Part shown: positions 36,966-47,222 of the stretch, piece after piece | Position numbering within the stretch: position 1 is the stretch's first letter | How the letters are laid out: every line of letters starts with the position of its first letter | IMG/VR virus record: IMGVR_UViG_3300025108_000047 | Span: 1-60,318 of that record | Length of the DNA: 60,318 bases | Direction: 5' to 3' (one strand) | From: a virus | Taxonomy: Duplodnaviria; Caudoviricetes | Position numbers and translations under genes: made by a program | The notes under the pieces: generated by a model | Database searches by the model: none | The model's input: only the letters and a program-made list of their open reading frames with translations | What the model was told of the DNA's origin: nothing

Positions 36966-37625
36966 ATGGCAACTTTACGTGAAATAGTATATAATATAAA
37001 AAACATAGCTGAAGGAGGCTCTTCTCTTACTGAAGACTCTAAAATTTCAGACTCTCAAGTAGAATTTTTAGTTAATGTATATAGAGCTAAAACTCTTATG
37101 CAATACACTAATTCTGGTAGAAGTGTACACCCTCAGACTTTACAGACTTTTAAACACGTAGCGACTACAAACAACAATACATTTATAGACTTTCCTTCTG
37201 TAATTAATTTTAATGAAAACAGAGCTGTTAAATCAATACTTTTTTACGACAGTAGTGCGTCTACATCAGAATATATAGAGATTGGAACAAAAGGTTCTAC
37301 AGTTTATTTAAGTGGTAATAGATTTACTTCTGCAAAAAAATCTGCACGAATACAAGATGGTAGAATTTATTTTACAAATTTTGATTTAGATGATGGAGAC
37401 TATTTAGAAGTTTCTGCTATATTTTCTAATCCAACAGAAATTACTACAGACGCAGGGTTGTTTGATAAAGACACAAGTATATATCCTTTGCCTACTGAAT
37501 TAATTACAACTTTAAGTCAGGAAATATTAGCTAAAGAGTATAGAGTGGTAATGTCAACACCAAGAGATAAAGAAATAGATGGAGAAGCACCAACGGAAGT
37601 ACAAGGACAAGTACGTAAGCGTTAA
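36966..37625 (+). CDS. Tail ring protein (gene73 position)
   Basis: TLREIVYNI...DS.IS...YRA and IFSNP..YPLP motifs. Confidence 0.65.
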   Translation: MATLREIVYNIKNIAEGGSSLTEDSKISDSQVEFLVNVYRAKTLMQYTNSGRSVHPQTLQTFKHVATTNNNTFIDFPSVINFNENRAVKSILFYDSSASTSEYIEIGTKGSTVYLSGNRFTSAKKSARIQDGRIYFTNFDLDDGDYLEVSAIFSNPTEITTDAGLFDKDTSIYPLPTELITTLSQEILAKEYRVVMSTPRDKEIDGEAPTEVQGQVRKR

Positions 37626-37998
37626 GGATATTTATAACGCTACAAAAGGAGATGTAGAAAAGATTAACTATAGTGGTTTTTATAATATAGTTAAAACGTT
37701 TTTTGAAGAGTTAATACACGAGCTTGTTGTTGAAAAAGCAACAGTTACATTACCAGCAAAGTTTGGTAAAGTATATATAAAGAAAATGCTACATAAAAGA
37801 GCTTTTCACTATAGGTGCAACATCAATGAAGTTGATGAACAAGGAAACAGAGTAACATATAAAGTGCCAATACTAAATGACTACTATTATAAGTTAGTTT
37901 GGTTAAGGCCTAAAAAATATAAGATGGCAAAAATTAATCCAATGGGATTTTTTAAAAAAGCTATTAATAATGAATTAAACAAAGGTAACGACTTTTAA
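37579..37998 (+). CDS. IHF-like protein of the crAss structural block
   Basis: VTLPAKFGKVYIKK HU/IHF arm; conserved position. Confidence 0.6.
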   Translation: MEKHQRKYKDKYVSVKDIYNATKGDVEKINYSGFYNIVKTFFEELIHELVVEKATVTLPAKFGKVYIKKMLHKRAFHYRCNINEVDEQGNRVTYKVPILNDYYYKLVWLRPKKYKMAKINPMGFFKKAINNELNKGNDF

Positions 37999-38000
37999 AT

Positions 38001-38657
38001 ATGAATTTTGTATCTATCAAACGAGTATTGGCTTCAGTAACTAGAAATCTAGGTATTGATGTTTTAGACAAAGAACAGAGTATAATAGAATGGGCTTTTG
38101 AAGCAGAAAAGTTTATTGGAGGCTTAAAGTCTTTTATACAGACAGAAGAAAATGTAACTATAGCTTCTAATAGAGCTGCACTACCTTCTAATATAGTTAA
38201 GGTTCTTTCTGTTTCTAATAGCAGTTCTATACTAAAACCAACACACGCTCACTTTAGAGGAAACCCTGTTGGAGTAGACGCAGATTCAGATAATATGGTA
38301 ACTGGAGACAGATACTATATACAAGATGGATATATAAATGCAAAGCTTGATGACGGAGTAGTTCTTACTTTATCTGTGCTAACAATACCTTTAGATGCTG
38401 ACGGATACCCTAAAATTAATGACGCACACATTGAAGCAGTTACAGCTTATTGTATGTGGATGATTAAAAATATAGACTACTATAATGGTAAAGTTCCTCA
38501 ATATGTTATAAACGATTTGCAAAAAAGATGGTTCTTTCTATGTGGTCAAGCAAGAGGTATTGATGGAATGCCAAGCTCTCAGGAACTTTCTGAGATAGGT
38601 AAGTATTGGAACACTTTAATTCCAATAAAGTCTTCTAACGGTCTTAAAAATCACTAA
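38001..38657 (+). CDS. Tail tubular/ring protein
   Basis: IIEWAFEA...IG and PLDADGYP.I.D motifs. Confidence 0.7.
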   Translation: MNFVSIKRVLASVTRNLGIDVLDKEQSIIEWAFEAEKFIGGLKSFIQTEENVTIASNRAALPSNIVKVLSVSNSSSILKPTHAHFRGNPVGVDADSDNMVTGDRYYIQDGYINAKLDDGVVLTLSVLTIPLDADGYPKINDAHIEAVTAYCMWMIKNIDYYNGKVPQYVINDLQKRWFFLCGQARGIDGMPSSQELSEIGKYWNTLIPIKSSNGLKNH

Positions 38658-38659
38658 TA

Positions 38660-41600
38660 ATGCCAAAAGCAAAACCAAATACATTTCAGGCTGGACTTAA
38701 TATGGATGTAGACCCAAGAATGCAGCCTCCAGGCACATACAGGGACGCAAACAACATTAAAATAGTTGGACTTGAAGGAAATACATTTTCTGTAGAAAAC
38801 TATAAAGGTCAAACAGAAAGAATTGATACTGGACTTGCAGATGGTAATATTGTAGGTTATTGTTCTTTTGCAGATAAAATTGTTTTAATTCACGTAAACG
38901 GAATTACAGCATCAACTTCTACTACAAAGATTTTTATGTTCACTAAAAATGATGATGACACTTTTTCTAGTGAAACTGATTCAAACGGTGCTGCAACCCA
39001 CTTGTATTCTGCTGCTTTAAATATGACAGAAACACAGCCAGTAAAAGTTGTAGGTTCTTATGAAAATAAATCAACAAGAAGAATTTACTGGACTGACAAT
39101 ATAAACCCAGTAAGGTCTATGAACCTAGAGCTTCTGGTATATGATTTAGAAAGCTATCCAATAACAATTAATCAGTTACCTGTAAATAATTTAGAACTGT
39201 TGCCTTCTGTGAGACCACAAAGCCCATATTTATCAGGCGTTATAGGAGGCTCTTTAAGGGTTGGTACTTATCAGTATTGCGCAAAGTACGTAACTCAAGA
39301 TGGTGCAGAAACAGCAGCCTTACCTTTGTCTGGACTTTATCATACCACGGCTAACACAGGCTCTTATAAAAACTTTATGGGTTCTCCTCAAGGAGTAGAC
39401 TCTGCGATGGGTTTTACTTTAAAGCTTGACAATGTAGATTCAAGTTTTGAAAGAGTAAAACTTTTTGCTATTTTTTACGAACAACTTAATGGCACACAAA
39501 AAGTGTATCTTGTTTCTGACAGGATTACAGATGGCTCTAGCTCTTTAACATTTACCCATAGTAGAAATGAAAGTGATAATGAAGTTTCTATTAACGAAAT
39601 ACTTGAGCCTAAAAACACTTTTGATATAGCAAAAGACTTAGCAATTAAAGATAATATTTTATTTGCTGTAAACACAAGAAAAAGAGATGCTTTTGTAAGT
39701 GCTGATGAGTTTAATCCTACCTTAGAAAGGTGGAATAATACTTTAATGGAGAAAAAACCTACAAGGTATTTACAAAATGGCGCTTACGTAAGAGCTAATC
39801 AAGATATAAATAATTATAGATTTTTGCCTTCAAGTTTTAGTGTTAACTATTCTAAAAATTTAAGCTCTTCTGTTCCTACTACTAGTAATGTTATGTATGA
39901 GCCAAAAACAAACGGATGGACGCTTGGAACAGCTGTTGAAGAAACTTTTGCAACTGGAGTTGATTTTACTGATATAAACATAACTTCTTCTGCTAATTAT
40001 ATAAACGCAGGAGGTAATGATAGCGTAAAACATTATGAAAGTTCAGATAAATTTAAGTATCACTGGAGAATAAAAGTAGATACAACTGGAGATGGAAATT
40101 ATAATAAATTTTATAATTCTAATGGAGTCTGGCAAGACACATCAACCACACACGTTATAAATGGAGCAGAAGTAGGTGAAGGTTTTGCTAATTATCAAAA
40201 TGGTACTGGATATATGACTTCCTGGGATAATATTGGACTTACAATTACAAATGTTCCCACTGGAGTTAGAAAATTATTTATAGAGCTAGACGAGGTTAAT
40301 ATTATAACAAGCGACAACATTGCTCTTAATCTTGTTACATCTCACACTTACTCTTGGTATGGAAATGATATTGTAATTACTGCTGATGAATTAAGTTCTG
40401 AGGGAGGCTACAGTTATACCATTATTGAAACTGTCAATCCTAGTGAAACAAATCAAGTAAGCGATACGTCAAGAGTTTTAGGCGCAATGTCTCCTGGTTA
40501 TAATTCTGGAGCTGGAGTAAGGCTTTCTTTTAAAACAATACCTAAAGTTTCCGATGAAGTAAAGTCTAATCCTAGTGAAGCACCATACATACAAACAAAC
40601 GACAGCATAACTTCTGTTGACATAAGCAATGTAGACGCTAAGGTTTTTTCTAGCACCGCATCTTCTAGCAATAAAGACCCTCAAATGCTGACTTTAAAAG
40701 GCTACAAAAGAGGAGAAATATATAGGCTAGGTGTATTGTTTTATGATAAAAAAGGAAATCCAATAAACACATTATGGATGGGAGATGTTCAAATGCCTGA
40801 ACATGGAGATAGAAATTTACAACTAGAAAAAGGAGTTATAAAATCAACAAAAGGAGGAACTCCAGTGGACATAATTACAACTGTTGCTTCTCCACCAAAA
40901 ATAAATGGTAATGTTTGCGCAGAAGACTATAGACTTGATGTAGTAGATGGCATAGCTGTCCCTGGACACGTTGTATTACCTAATTTTGCTACTAACGGTG
41001 TTTCTAATTATAACTTAACAAATAATAACGCAAGAAATTTTTTATATCCAATTACAGACACGGACTCAGCTTCACAGCGTACTTTTAAACACTACACTAT
41101 GGATTTAGCTATAGTGTGTGAGTTTAGATTTCCTCAGTCTGTTTTAGATAAAATATCAGGATTTCAAGTAGTAAGAGCTGAAAGAAGTATGCAGGACGCG
41201 TCTGTAATGCAGTCTGGACTTTTTAGAGAAGGAGCGCAATTTATATTTAATGATGAAGGAACTGCTAACAGTCTTAAAAATGAAGCAGAAGGAAATATAG
41301 GTGGTACTAATGAGGCTAATAGAATTTTAGTTAATGAAAAGCTAGAAGACTTTAGGGCAAAGTTTGGAGTTTCAGAACACATATTTTATGATGAGATTAA
41401 TGAATCGAATCATGAAGAGCCTACTTCTTTTATTTTTGGTTCTTCATACTCGCAAAACTATTCAGACACAAGCGCTGTAAGAAATAGATTTTGGGGTGTA
41501 CCAAATATAGGTGTAGTGTATAGCCCAGATAGTCTTTTTGGTGTATATCCATACAAATTCTCATCAACAGATAGAATAAAAACTGTATCAACGATAAGTC

Positions 41601-43831
41601 TTAAAGACAACATTCAATTTCAATCAACAGAGGCTTATACGTTTGGAAATTCAACTCCTTATGAACATAGATTTTATGGATTCAAAGTTGTTAATGAAGC
41701 AGATGGTCAGCATAAATATTTTGGAAAAACATATACTGTAGACACGCAGTTTTCAATTTTAGCAGAAGAAACATTTTCAAATGGAGACTCTGCAATCAAA
41801 GCTTATAATAATAACACCTCTTTTGGTAGTTACTTTTTTGATATACAAAACGACCAAAATCAACCAAATTACAATCCTACTGGTAGTCGTGACGCAAATG
41901 AACTTTTCGTTAGAAGCATTCTTTTAGACCAAGCAGAGGAGGTTTTTGAAGGAGATACTACTAGAGTTAATAAATACAATAGGAATTTTATTAACATGAC
42001 TTATGGTAACGTAAGGTCAGCGGGATTAACTCCAGAAGGGTCTCCTGATGATGACGCGACCACATACACAAGTTATTTTGAATCTTATTTAGTTGACTCA
42101 ACATCAACCAATTATTGGAAAGTAAAAAGTGTACAAAAAGGTAATAAAGGAATATTTGTTTCTCCTGCTGGTATGCCAAGAATACCTAATCTTAATAGAC
42201 TTATTTTGGGTGATGGTAATTTACTGTGGCCTAACTCTTATAGACACAAAAAGAATCCTTATATGTTACTTGTAGACATAGTTAAAAGTAGCTCTGAAAG
42301 AGAATCTATGTATGGTGGAGTATCAAACGACTCTTTATTTAGCACACGATACATTAAAGCTGGAGAATTTACCAAAGTAGTTATTCCTGGACATACTCCA
42401 GACACAAACTTTAAAGTGAATGTTCATGGTGGAGATGTATTTACATCTATTTTTTCTCATCAATTAACAATGTCTCATTATCATCCAGACGGTTCTGCTG
42501 CTAAGTTTATAACTTTTCCTGTAGAGTCAAGAGTTAATCCAGACATGAGAAGTGGATTTCATTTACAAGCAGGTAAAGCTGAAGCTGGATTTTTTCCTGA
42601 TGTAATACCAAATAAAAACGACTTAATGTATAATCCCGTTTACAGTCAAGAGCCAAACTTTAAAGGTTATATATCTGTAGACGAATCAAAAAAAGCTATA
42701 GACTTAGACCAACCTGTTCAAGTTGCATACAGCAAAAGCAAAGTCTCTGGAGAATTAGAAGATTCTTATAGACAATTTCCTATTGTGCAGTTTCACGATT
42801 TAGATAATGATGCTGGTGAAATAAACTCTATAGTTAATTTTAGAGATAATTTATACTGTTTACAAGACTCAGGATTTGCAAAATTATTTATTAATAGTAG
42901 GGCTTTAGTTGGAGGAGCAGAAGGAATTTTAATTGGCTCTGCTAATACTATTGAAAATCACTCTTATATATCAAAACAATACGGAAGCATACATAGAGAA
43001 GGGGTTTTATCTACAGATAATGCTTTGTATTTTATAGATGCAAAAAACTCGAAGATACATAGGTTTACCGATAGACTTGAAAGCATTTCTGACAAAGGAG
43101 TGATGAAGTTTATGAACGACACAATTTCTTCTACGTCTACCTTTAAGTCTAAAAAACCTAATACTACATACTCAAGAATACAAGATTCACAACAGCATTT
43201 TGCTAGTGAGGCTAGAGGCGTAAGTATTGGCTATGACCAAAAAGAAAAAAGAGTAATATTCACTTTTAGCGATAGAACTGGAAGTAATATAAATAAAATA
43301 TCTATTGCTTACAACGAGTACATGAATGCTTTTGAAAGCAAGCTAAGCGCAACTCCTCCTTTGTGGATTATGCACCAAGGTAACTTGTATTGTCATGGTA
43401 GAATACTACCTACAATGGGTAATGGTAATATTGCTTGTAACAAAGTTTCTGAATTTAACGTTAATGAAAGCGCTTACGGAATGAATGCTAACGCAGTTGT
43501 TTTACAAGATATAGAGATTATAGTAAATGATGGAGCTGTAAAAAATAAAAAGTTTGATACTGTTGAAGTTATAGGTGATACTGATATTAACGGGACTGTA
43601 ACTTTAAGTTCAGCAGATTTTAGCACAGACAAAACAGCACAACAAACCACTAATTTTGCTATTGATTTAATACACACAATTAGAGAAGGTGTACTTAGCT
43701 TTCCATTAAGAGGAAAAACGGCTGCTAAAAGGCTTGTAGGTACATACGCTAAAATAAAACTTAAAAATAACAATAACACTAAATTTAGTATCTTTGCGAT
43801 AGTAGCTAAAATTAGACAATCTTTAAAATAA
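38660..43831 (+). CDS. Tail muzzle/stabilisation protein (P22 gp10-like)
   Basis: 1723 aa; F..GLNMD...YRDANNI N-terminus, IYWTDN.NP.R, GYKRGEIYRLG and RLVGTYAKIKL. Confidence 0.8.
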   Translation: MPKAKPNTFQAGLNMDVDPRMQPPGTYRDANNIKIVGLEGNTFSVENYKGQTERIDTGLADGNIVGYCSFADKIVLIHVNGITASTSTTKIFMFTKNDDDTFSSETDSNGAATHLYSAALNMTETQPVKVVGSYENKSTRRIYWTDNINPVRSMNLELLVYDLESYPITINQLPVNNLELLPSVRPQSPYLSGVIGGSLRVGTYQYCAKYVTQDGAETAALPLSGLYHTTANTGSYKNFMGSPQGVDSAMGFTLKLDNVDSSFERVKLFAIFYEQLNGTQKVYLVSDRITDGSSSLTFTHSRNESDNEVSINEILEPKNTFDIAKDLAIKDNILFAVNTRKRDAFVSADEFNPTLERWNNTLMEKKPTRYLQNGAYVRANQDINNYRFLPSSFSVNYSKNLSSSVPTTSNVMYEPKTNGWTLGTAVEETFATGVDFTDINITSSANYINAGGNDSVKHYESSDKFKYHWRIKVDTTGDGNYNKFYNSNGVWQDTSTTHVINGAEVGEGFANYQNGTGYMTSWDNIGLTITNVPTGVRKLFIELDEVNIITSDNIALNLVTSHTYSWYGNDIVITADELSSEGGYSYTIIETVNPSETNQVSDTSRVLGAMSPGYNSGAGVRLSFKTIPKVSDEVKSNPSEAPYIQTNDSITSVDISNVDAKVFSSTASSSNKDPQMLTLKGYKRGEIYRLGVLFYDKKGNPINTLWMGDVQMPEHGDRNLQLEKGVIKSTKGGTPVDIITTVASPPKINGNVCAEDYRLDVVDGIAVPGHVVLPNFATNGVSNYNLTNNNARNFLYPITDTDSASQRTFKHYTMDLAIVCEFRFPQSVLDKISGFQVVRAERSMQDASVMQSGLFREGAQFIFNDEGTANSLKNEAEGNIGGTNEANRILVNEKLEDFRAKFGVSEHIFYDEINESNHEEPTSFIFGSSYSQNYSDTSAVRNRFWGVPNIGVVYSPDSLFGVYPYKFSSTDRIKTVSTISLKDNIQFQSTEAYTFGNSTPYEHRFYGFKVVNEADGQHKYFGKTYTVDTQFSILAEETFSNGDSAIKAYNNNTSFGSYFFDIQNDQNQPNYNPTGSRDANELFVRSILLDQAEEVFEGDTTRVNKYNRNFINMTYGNVRSAGLTPEGSPDDDATTYTSYFESYLVDSTSTNYWKVKSVQKGNKGIFVSPAGMPRIPNLNRLILGDGNLLWPNSYRHKKNPYMLLVDIVKSSSERESMYGGVSNDSLFSTRYIKAGEFTKVVIPGHTPDTNFKVNVHGGDVFTSIFSHQLTMSHYHPDGSAAKFITFPVESRVNPDMRSGFHLQAGKAEAGFFPDVIPNKNDLMYNPVYSQEPNFKGYISVDESKKAIDLDQPVQVAYSKSKVSGELEDSYRQFPIVQFHDLDNDAGEINSIVNFRDNLYCLQDSGFAKLFINSRALVGGAEGILIGSANTIENHSYISKQYGSIHREGVLSTDNALYFIDAKNSKIHRFTDRLESISDKGVMKFMNDTISSTSTFKSKKPNTTYSRIQDSQQHFASEARGVSIGYDQKEKRVIFTFSDRTGSNINKISIAYNEYMNAFESKLSATPPLWIMHQGNLYCHGRILPTMGNGNIACNKVSEFNVNESAYGMNANAVVLQDIEIIVNDGAVKNKKFDTVEVIGDTDINGTVTLSSADFSTDKTAQQTTNFAIDLIHTIREGVLSFPLRGKTAAKRLVGTYAKIKLKNNNNTKFSIFAIVAKIRQSLK

Positions 43832-44661
43832 TGATAGACGGTATAGACGAGTTTGCAGAACTTAGAGCTAATCCAGCTCTTGCTGGTATGACTGACGAGC
43901 AAATAAGGCAAATGATTAACTCACCATCAGCTGTTGTTAATGGTAATTCATCACAAGACCCTTACGCATACAACTCAATGACTTTAGCTCCTGGCGCTTC
44001 TACAGACTACGGAGTGCAAGCTCCTAATCCATATATGTCTCCAGCGGGAAATCAATTTGACTTCTTTAACGTTCAGGAACTTGCAACACCTAACTCATAT
44101 AATTCAATGAGTCTAGCTCCTGGTTCTAACATAGAAGGAAGCACTGGCCCTAATCAATATCAAAGTGCTGCTGATGGAACTTTTACAAATTCTTACCAAG
44201 AAGCTCCAACTACAGTACAACAACTTACAACAACTGGCCCTAGCAAAGTAATGAATACTGTTTCACAAGGAGTTAATCTTTATAATCAAGTTAAGCCAAT
44301 AATAGCTAGTGCTAAAGCAGCGTTAGCAGGAGGAGCAGGTGCAGCAGCAGCAGGTAGTGCAGCAGCAGCAGGTGCAGGTGCAGCAGCAGGTGCAGGTGCA
44401 GCAGCAGGTAGTGCAGCAGCAGGTGCAGCAGGTGCAGGTGCAGGATTAGCTGCATTAGCTCCATTAGCTCCTGTAGCTTTAGGTGTTGGAGCTTTACTAT
44501 ACATGAAGAATAAAAAGAAAAAGAAAAGAGAGAGGCAAAAAGCAAAAGAAGAAGCTCAATACAAGAGTAGAAAGTTAGAACAAAAACAAGACTTGATTGA
44601 CGCCAATCAGGATTACATGGAAATGGCTTCTAAATATAACAATACTTACGACATATCATAA
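43831..44661 (+). CDS. Ejection/cargo protein with a Gly-Ala tract, TM helix and basic tail
   Basis: Low-complexity AG tract, hydrophobic helix, then KKKKKR. Confidence 0.6.
   Translation: MIDGIDEFAELRANPALAGMTDEQIRQMINSPSAVVNGNSSQDPYAYNSMTLAPGASTDYGVQAPNPYMSPAGNQFDFFNVQELATPNSYNSMSLAPGSNIEGSTGPNQYQSAADGTFTNSYQEAPTTVQQLTTTGPSKVMNTVSQGVNLYNQVKPIIASAKAALAGGAGAAAAGSAAAAGAGAAAGAGAAAGSAAAGAAGAGAGLAALAPLAPVALGVGALLYMKNKKKKKRERQKAKEEAQYKSRKLEQKQDLIDANQDYMEMASKYNNTYDIS
44326..44445 (+). repeat. Coding GCAGCAGCAGGT-type repeat tract
   Basis: Encodes the AAAG/AGA repeats. Confidence 0.8.
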
Positions 44662-47222
44662 TGGCAAAACCATCAGAACAAGAAATATATAATTACTTAA
44701 GAAATAAGCCAGGTGTTTCTCATGAACACGCTATGGGAATAATAGCTAACATTAAAGCTGAAAGCGCATTTGACTCTGGTGTAAGGGGAGATTTTATGAT
44801 ACCTGACCCAACAGGTAAATTAAAAAACAAAGAAAAGCTAGTTAATAAAAAAGGAAGTGGTTATGTTTATAGTAAACATCATCCTACAAAAGCTGGTCAA
44901 GAAGTAGAACAGAATTTAATAGCAGACATTAAGCCATCAGCTGGAGGCTTATTTCAACATCAAGGAAGTAGATTTAAAGATATGGTTGATGCAGCTGGTA
45001 AAGACTGGGAAACCAACTGGAAAGGACAAATAGACTTTGCGCTACAAGAACAAGATGGAAAAAATTATTTAAAACAAGACTTTACTTCTGTTGCAGATTC
45101 TACAAAGTCATTTATGATAAATTTTGAAAGACCTGCTGACCAATCTCAAGAAAAAATACAATCAAGAATAGCTGGAGTTAATAATTTAGACTTAGAGACA
45201 AACTATACTCCAGGGAAAAACACCTCTAATAATACTACAGCTAAAGAAGTTACTATAGAAGATATAGAAGCTAAGTACGGGCCAACCGCTAGATTAACTG
45301 AAGTAAATGGACAACAAAAAATAACATATACAGATAAAGATGGTGTTTTTCAACAAATAGATAGAGATACATTTTTTACAAACAATGAAGAGCTTACTGT
45401 TGATGAACAAATACAACAAAACAACAATGAAGAAGTAGACTCAAATAATGAAGAAGAGGTAAATAATGATACTGAATCTAATACAACTCAAACTAAACTA
45501 GAAAGGTCTTACAGAGTTTATGACAATAAAACTGAAAAGTATATTAGCATTAACTCTAACTACAATACGGAAACTAAGTCTTGGGAACATACTGCTAGCG
45601 GAGAAACAAGTTTAACCGAAGAAGAGGTTAATCAAATTGGAGGAATGTATACAGACCCTCTTGGAAAAACACCAGCAGGAGCAAGCTCTAATTTTAAAGA
45701 AGAAAAACTAGAAGATGGCACTACTTATTATAGGCCGTATTTTGGAGATAGTAATGAACAAACTTCTTTTCAAAAAAGATTTTCGTTTTTTGATTCTGCT
45801 CCTATACAAAAAGAAACTGACGTAAAAATACTACAGCAACTTTCTGATGCAGAAAGCGAAAAAAATATTAATAAAGCGAAAGCACTAAAAATAAAAGAAA
45901 ACGAAAAACAAAAAGCAGAAGACATTAAAAAAATTAATGCAGCTAATTCTAATATTGCTAAGTTAAAATTAAGATACGAAAAGACTAAAGACCCTAAAGA
46001 CAAAGTTGCCTACGAAAAAGCTAAACAAGAATTAAATAATATAAATAATAGCATAAAACAAAGAGATGCAAGTAAAAACTTAAACAAGCTAGTACAGCAA
46101 GAAAAAGATTTAAGAAAGCAACTTGCTGAAATGCAAAAAAATCCAGACAACTTTTCTTTAGAAGATATTAATTCTATTAAAGCAAAAATAGACAAAGTTG
46201 CTATTGATTTATCTGCTGGCACTAATAATGTTAGAACGGAAGGCCCGTTTGGAAACACTATTGAAGACGTGCAAAATGTAGTTATTGAAGATAAAGATTT
46301 AATTTTAAACTACAATAGCAAAGAAATAGCTAAAGAAGGTGAGTCTGCAATTATATCTCCTAAAATAGAATATACTGATGATGGAGAAGAAAAAATAGTT
46401 AAAGCTAATGAGTTAGACGAAGTTGTAATAGATGGGACAGACCCAGTCGTTGGAAACATAGATGGTGATGCAGACGATTTAGCTAATACAGAAGGAGGAG
46501 GAGGACTTCCTGAAATGACTGTTCAAAAAGGACTGTTAGACAGTATAGGAGGTATAGGTACTGTTGCTTCTGCATTAGTAGGAGCTAAAGCATTAAAAGC
46601 TGCTAACGAGCCTAAAGCTGAAATAGATATGCCTGAGCTGTCTGATGCTTTTAACGCAGAGTTATATCAGCAAGAGCAGTTATCAAAAAGAGGTTTTAGT
46701 CCTGACCAAGAAGCTGCTGCTAGAAAACAAATTAGCGACTCTTATGCTTTAGGTATAGAAAACGCTGTAAGAGGAACTGCTGGAGACAGAGCTAAGTTGT
46801 TAGCTATGAGTGGAGTGTTAGACTCGCAAAGACAAGCTGCGTTATTAGACTTTGCTGCAAAAGACGATGCTGCAATGCAAGCCAACAAAGAGCAGTTTAA
46901 CAGAACGTTAATGTTTAAAGAAAAGTTTGACATTAATAACGCTCAACAGATGAGGAATGAGAAAATGCAGGAAATTAACAATCGGTATAGCACAAATCAA
47001 CAATTAGCTGCATCAGCTTTTAAGTATGCTATGGACAATGTTAATAATGCAAAAGCAGACGCAATGCAAAATCAACTTACACAAGTTATGATAAATGATG
47101 CTAGCGCAGGTTATGATGTAAAAGAGAAATATTCTTCTGGACTTCTAGGTAAGTTTGCCTCAAGGCTTTTACCTAACTTGTTCGGTGAAAACAATACAAA
47201 CGATACAGAAACAGAACAATAA
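44661..47222 (+). CDS. Ejection protein with N-terminal phage tail lysozyme domain
   Basis: GIIANIKAES...GGLFQH..R...QIDFALQE...FERP (Phage_lysozyme2-like), then coiled coils. Confidence 0.75.
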   Translation: MAKPSEQEIYNYLRNKPGVSHEHAMGIIANIKAESAFDSGVRGDFMIPDPTGKLKNKEKLVNKKGSGYVYSKHHPTKAGQEVEQNLIADIKPSAGGLFQHQGSRFKDMVDAAGKDWETNWKGQIDFALQEQDGKNYLKQDFTSVADSTKSFMINFERPADQSQEKIQSRIAGVNNLDLETNYTPGKNTSNNTTAKEVTIEDIEAKYGPTARLTEVNGQQKITYTDKDGVFQQIDRDTFFTNNEELTVDEQIQQNNNEEVDSNNEEEVNNDTESNTTQTKLERSYRVYDNKTEKYISINSNYNTETKSWEHTASGETSLTEEEVNQIGGMYTDPLGKTPAGASSNFKEEKLEDGTTYYRPYFGDSNEQTSFQKRFSFFDSAPIQKETDVKILQQLSDAESEKNINKAKALKIKENEKQKAEDIKKINAANSNIAKLKLRYEKTKDPKDKVAYEKAKQELNNINNSIKQRDASKNLNKLVQQEKDLRKQLAEMQKNPDNFSLEDINSIKAKIDKVAIDLSAGTNNVRTEGPFGNTIEDVQNVVIEDKDLILNYNSKEIAKEGESAIISPKIEYTDDGEEKIVKANELDEVVIDGTDPVVGNIDGDADDLANTEGGGGLPEMTVQKGLLDSIGGIGTVASALVGAKALKAANEPKAEIDMPELSDAFNAELYQQEQLSKRGFSPDQEAAARKQISDSYALGIENAVRGTAGDRAKLLAMSGVLDSQRQAALLDFAAKDDAAMQANKEQFNRTLMFKEKFDINNAQQMRNEKMQEINNRYSTNQQLAASAFKYAMDNVNNAKADAMQNQLTQVMINDASAGYDVKEKYSSGLLGKFASRLLPNLFGENNTNDTETEQ

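Noticed and set aside
44286-44545. Minus-strand Pro/Ala and Leu/His ORFs
   Set aside because: They are artefacts of the GCA/GGT repeat in the + strand gene.
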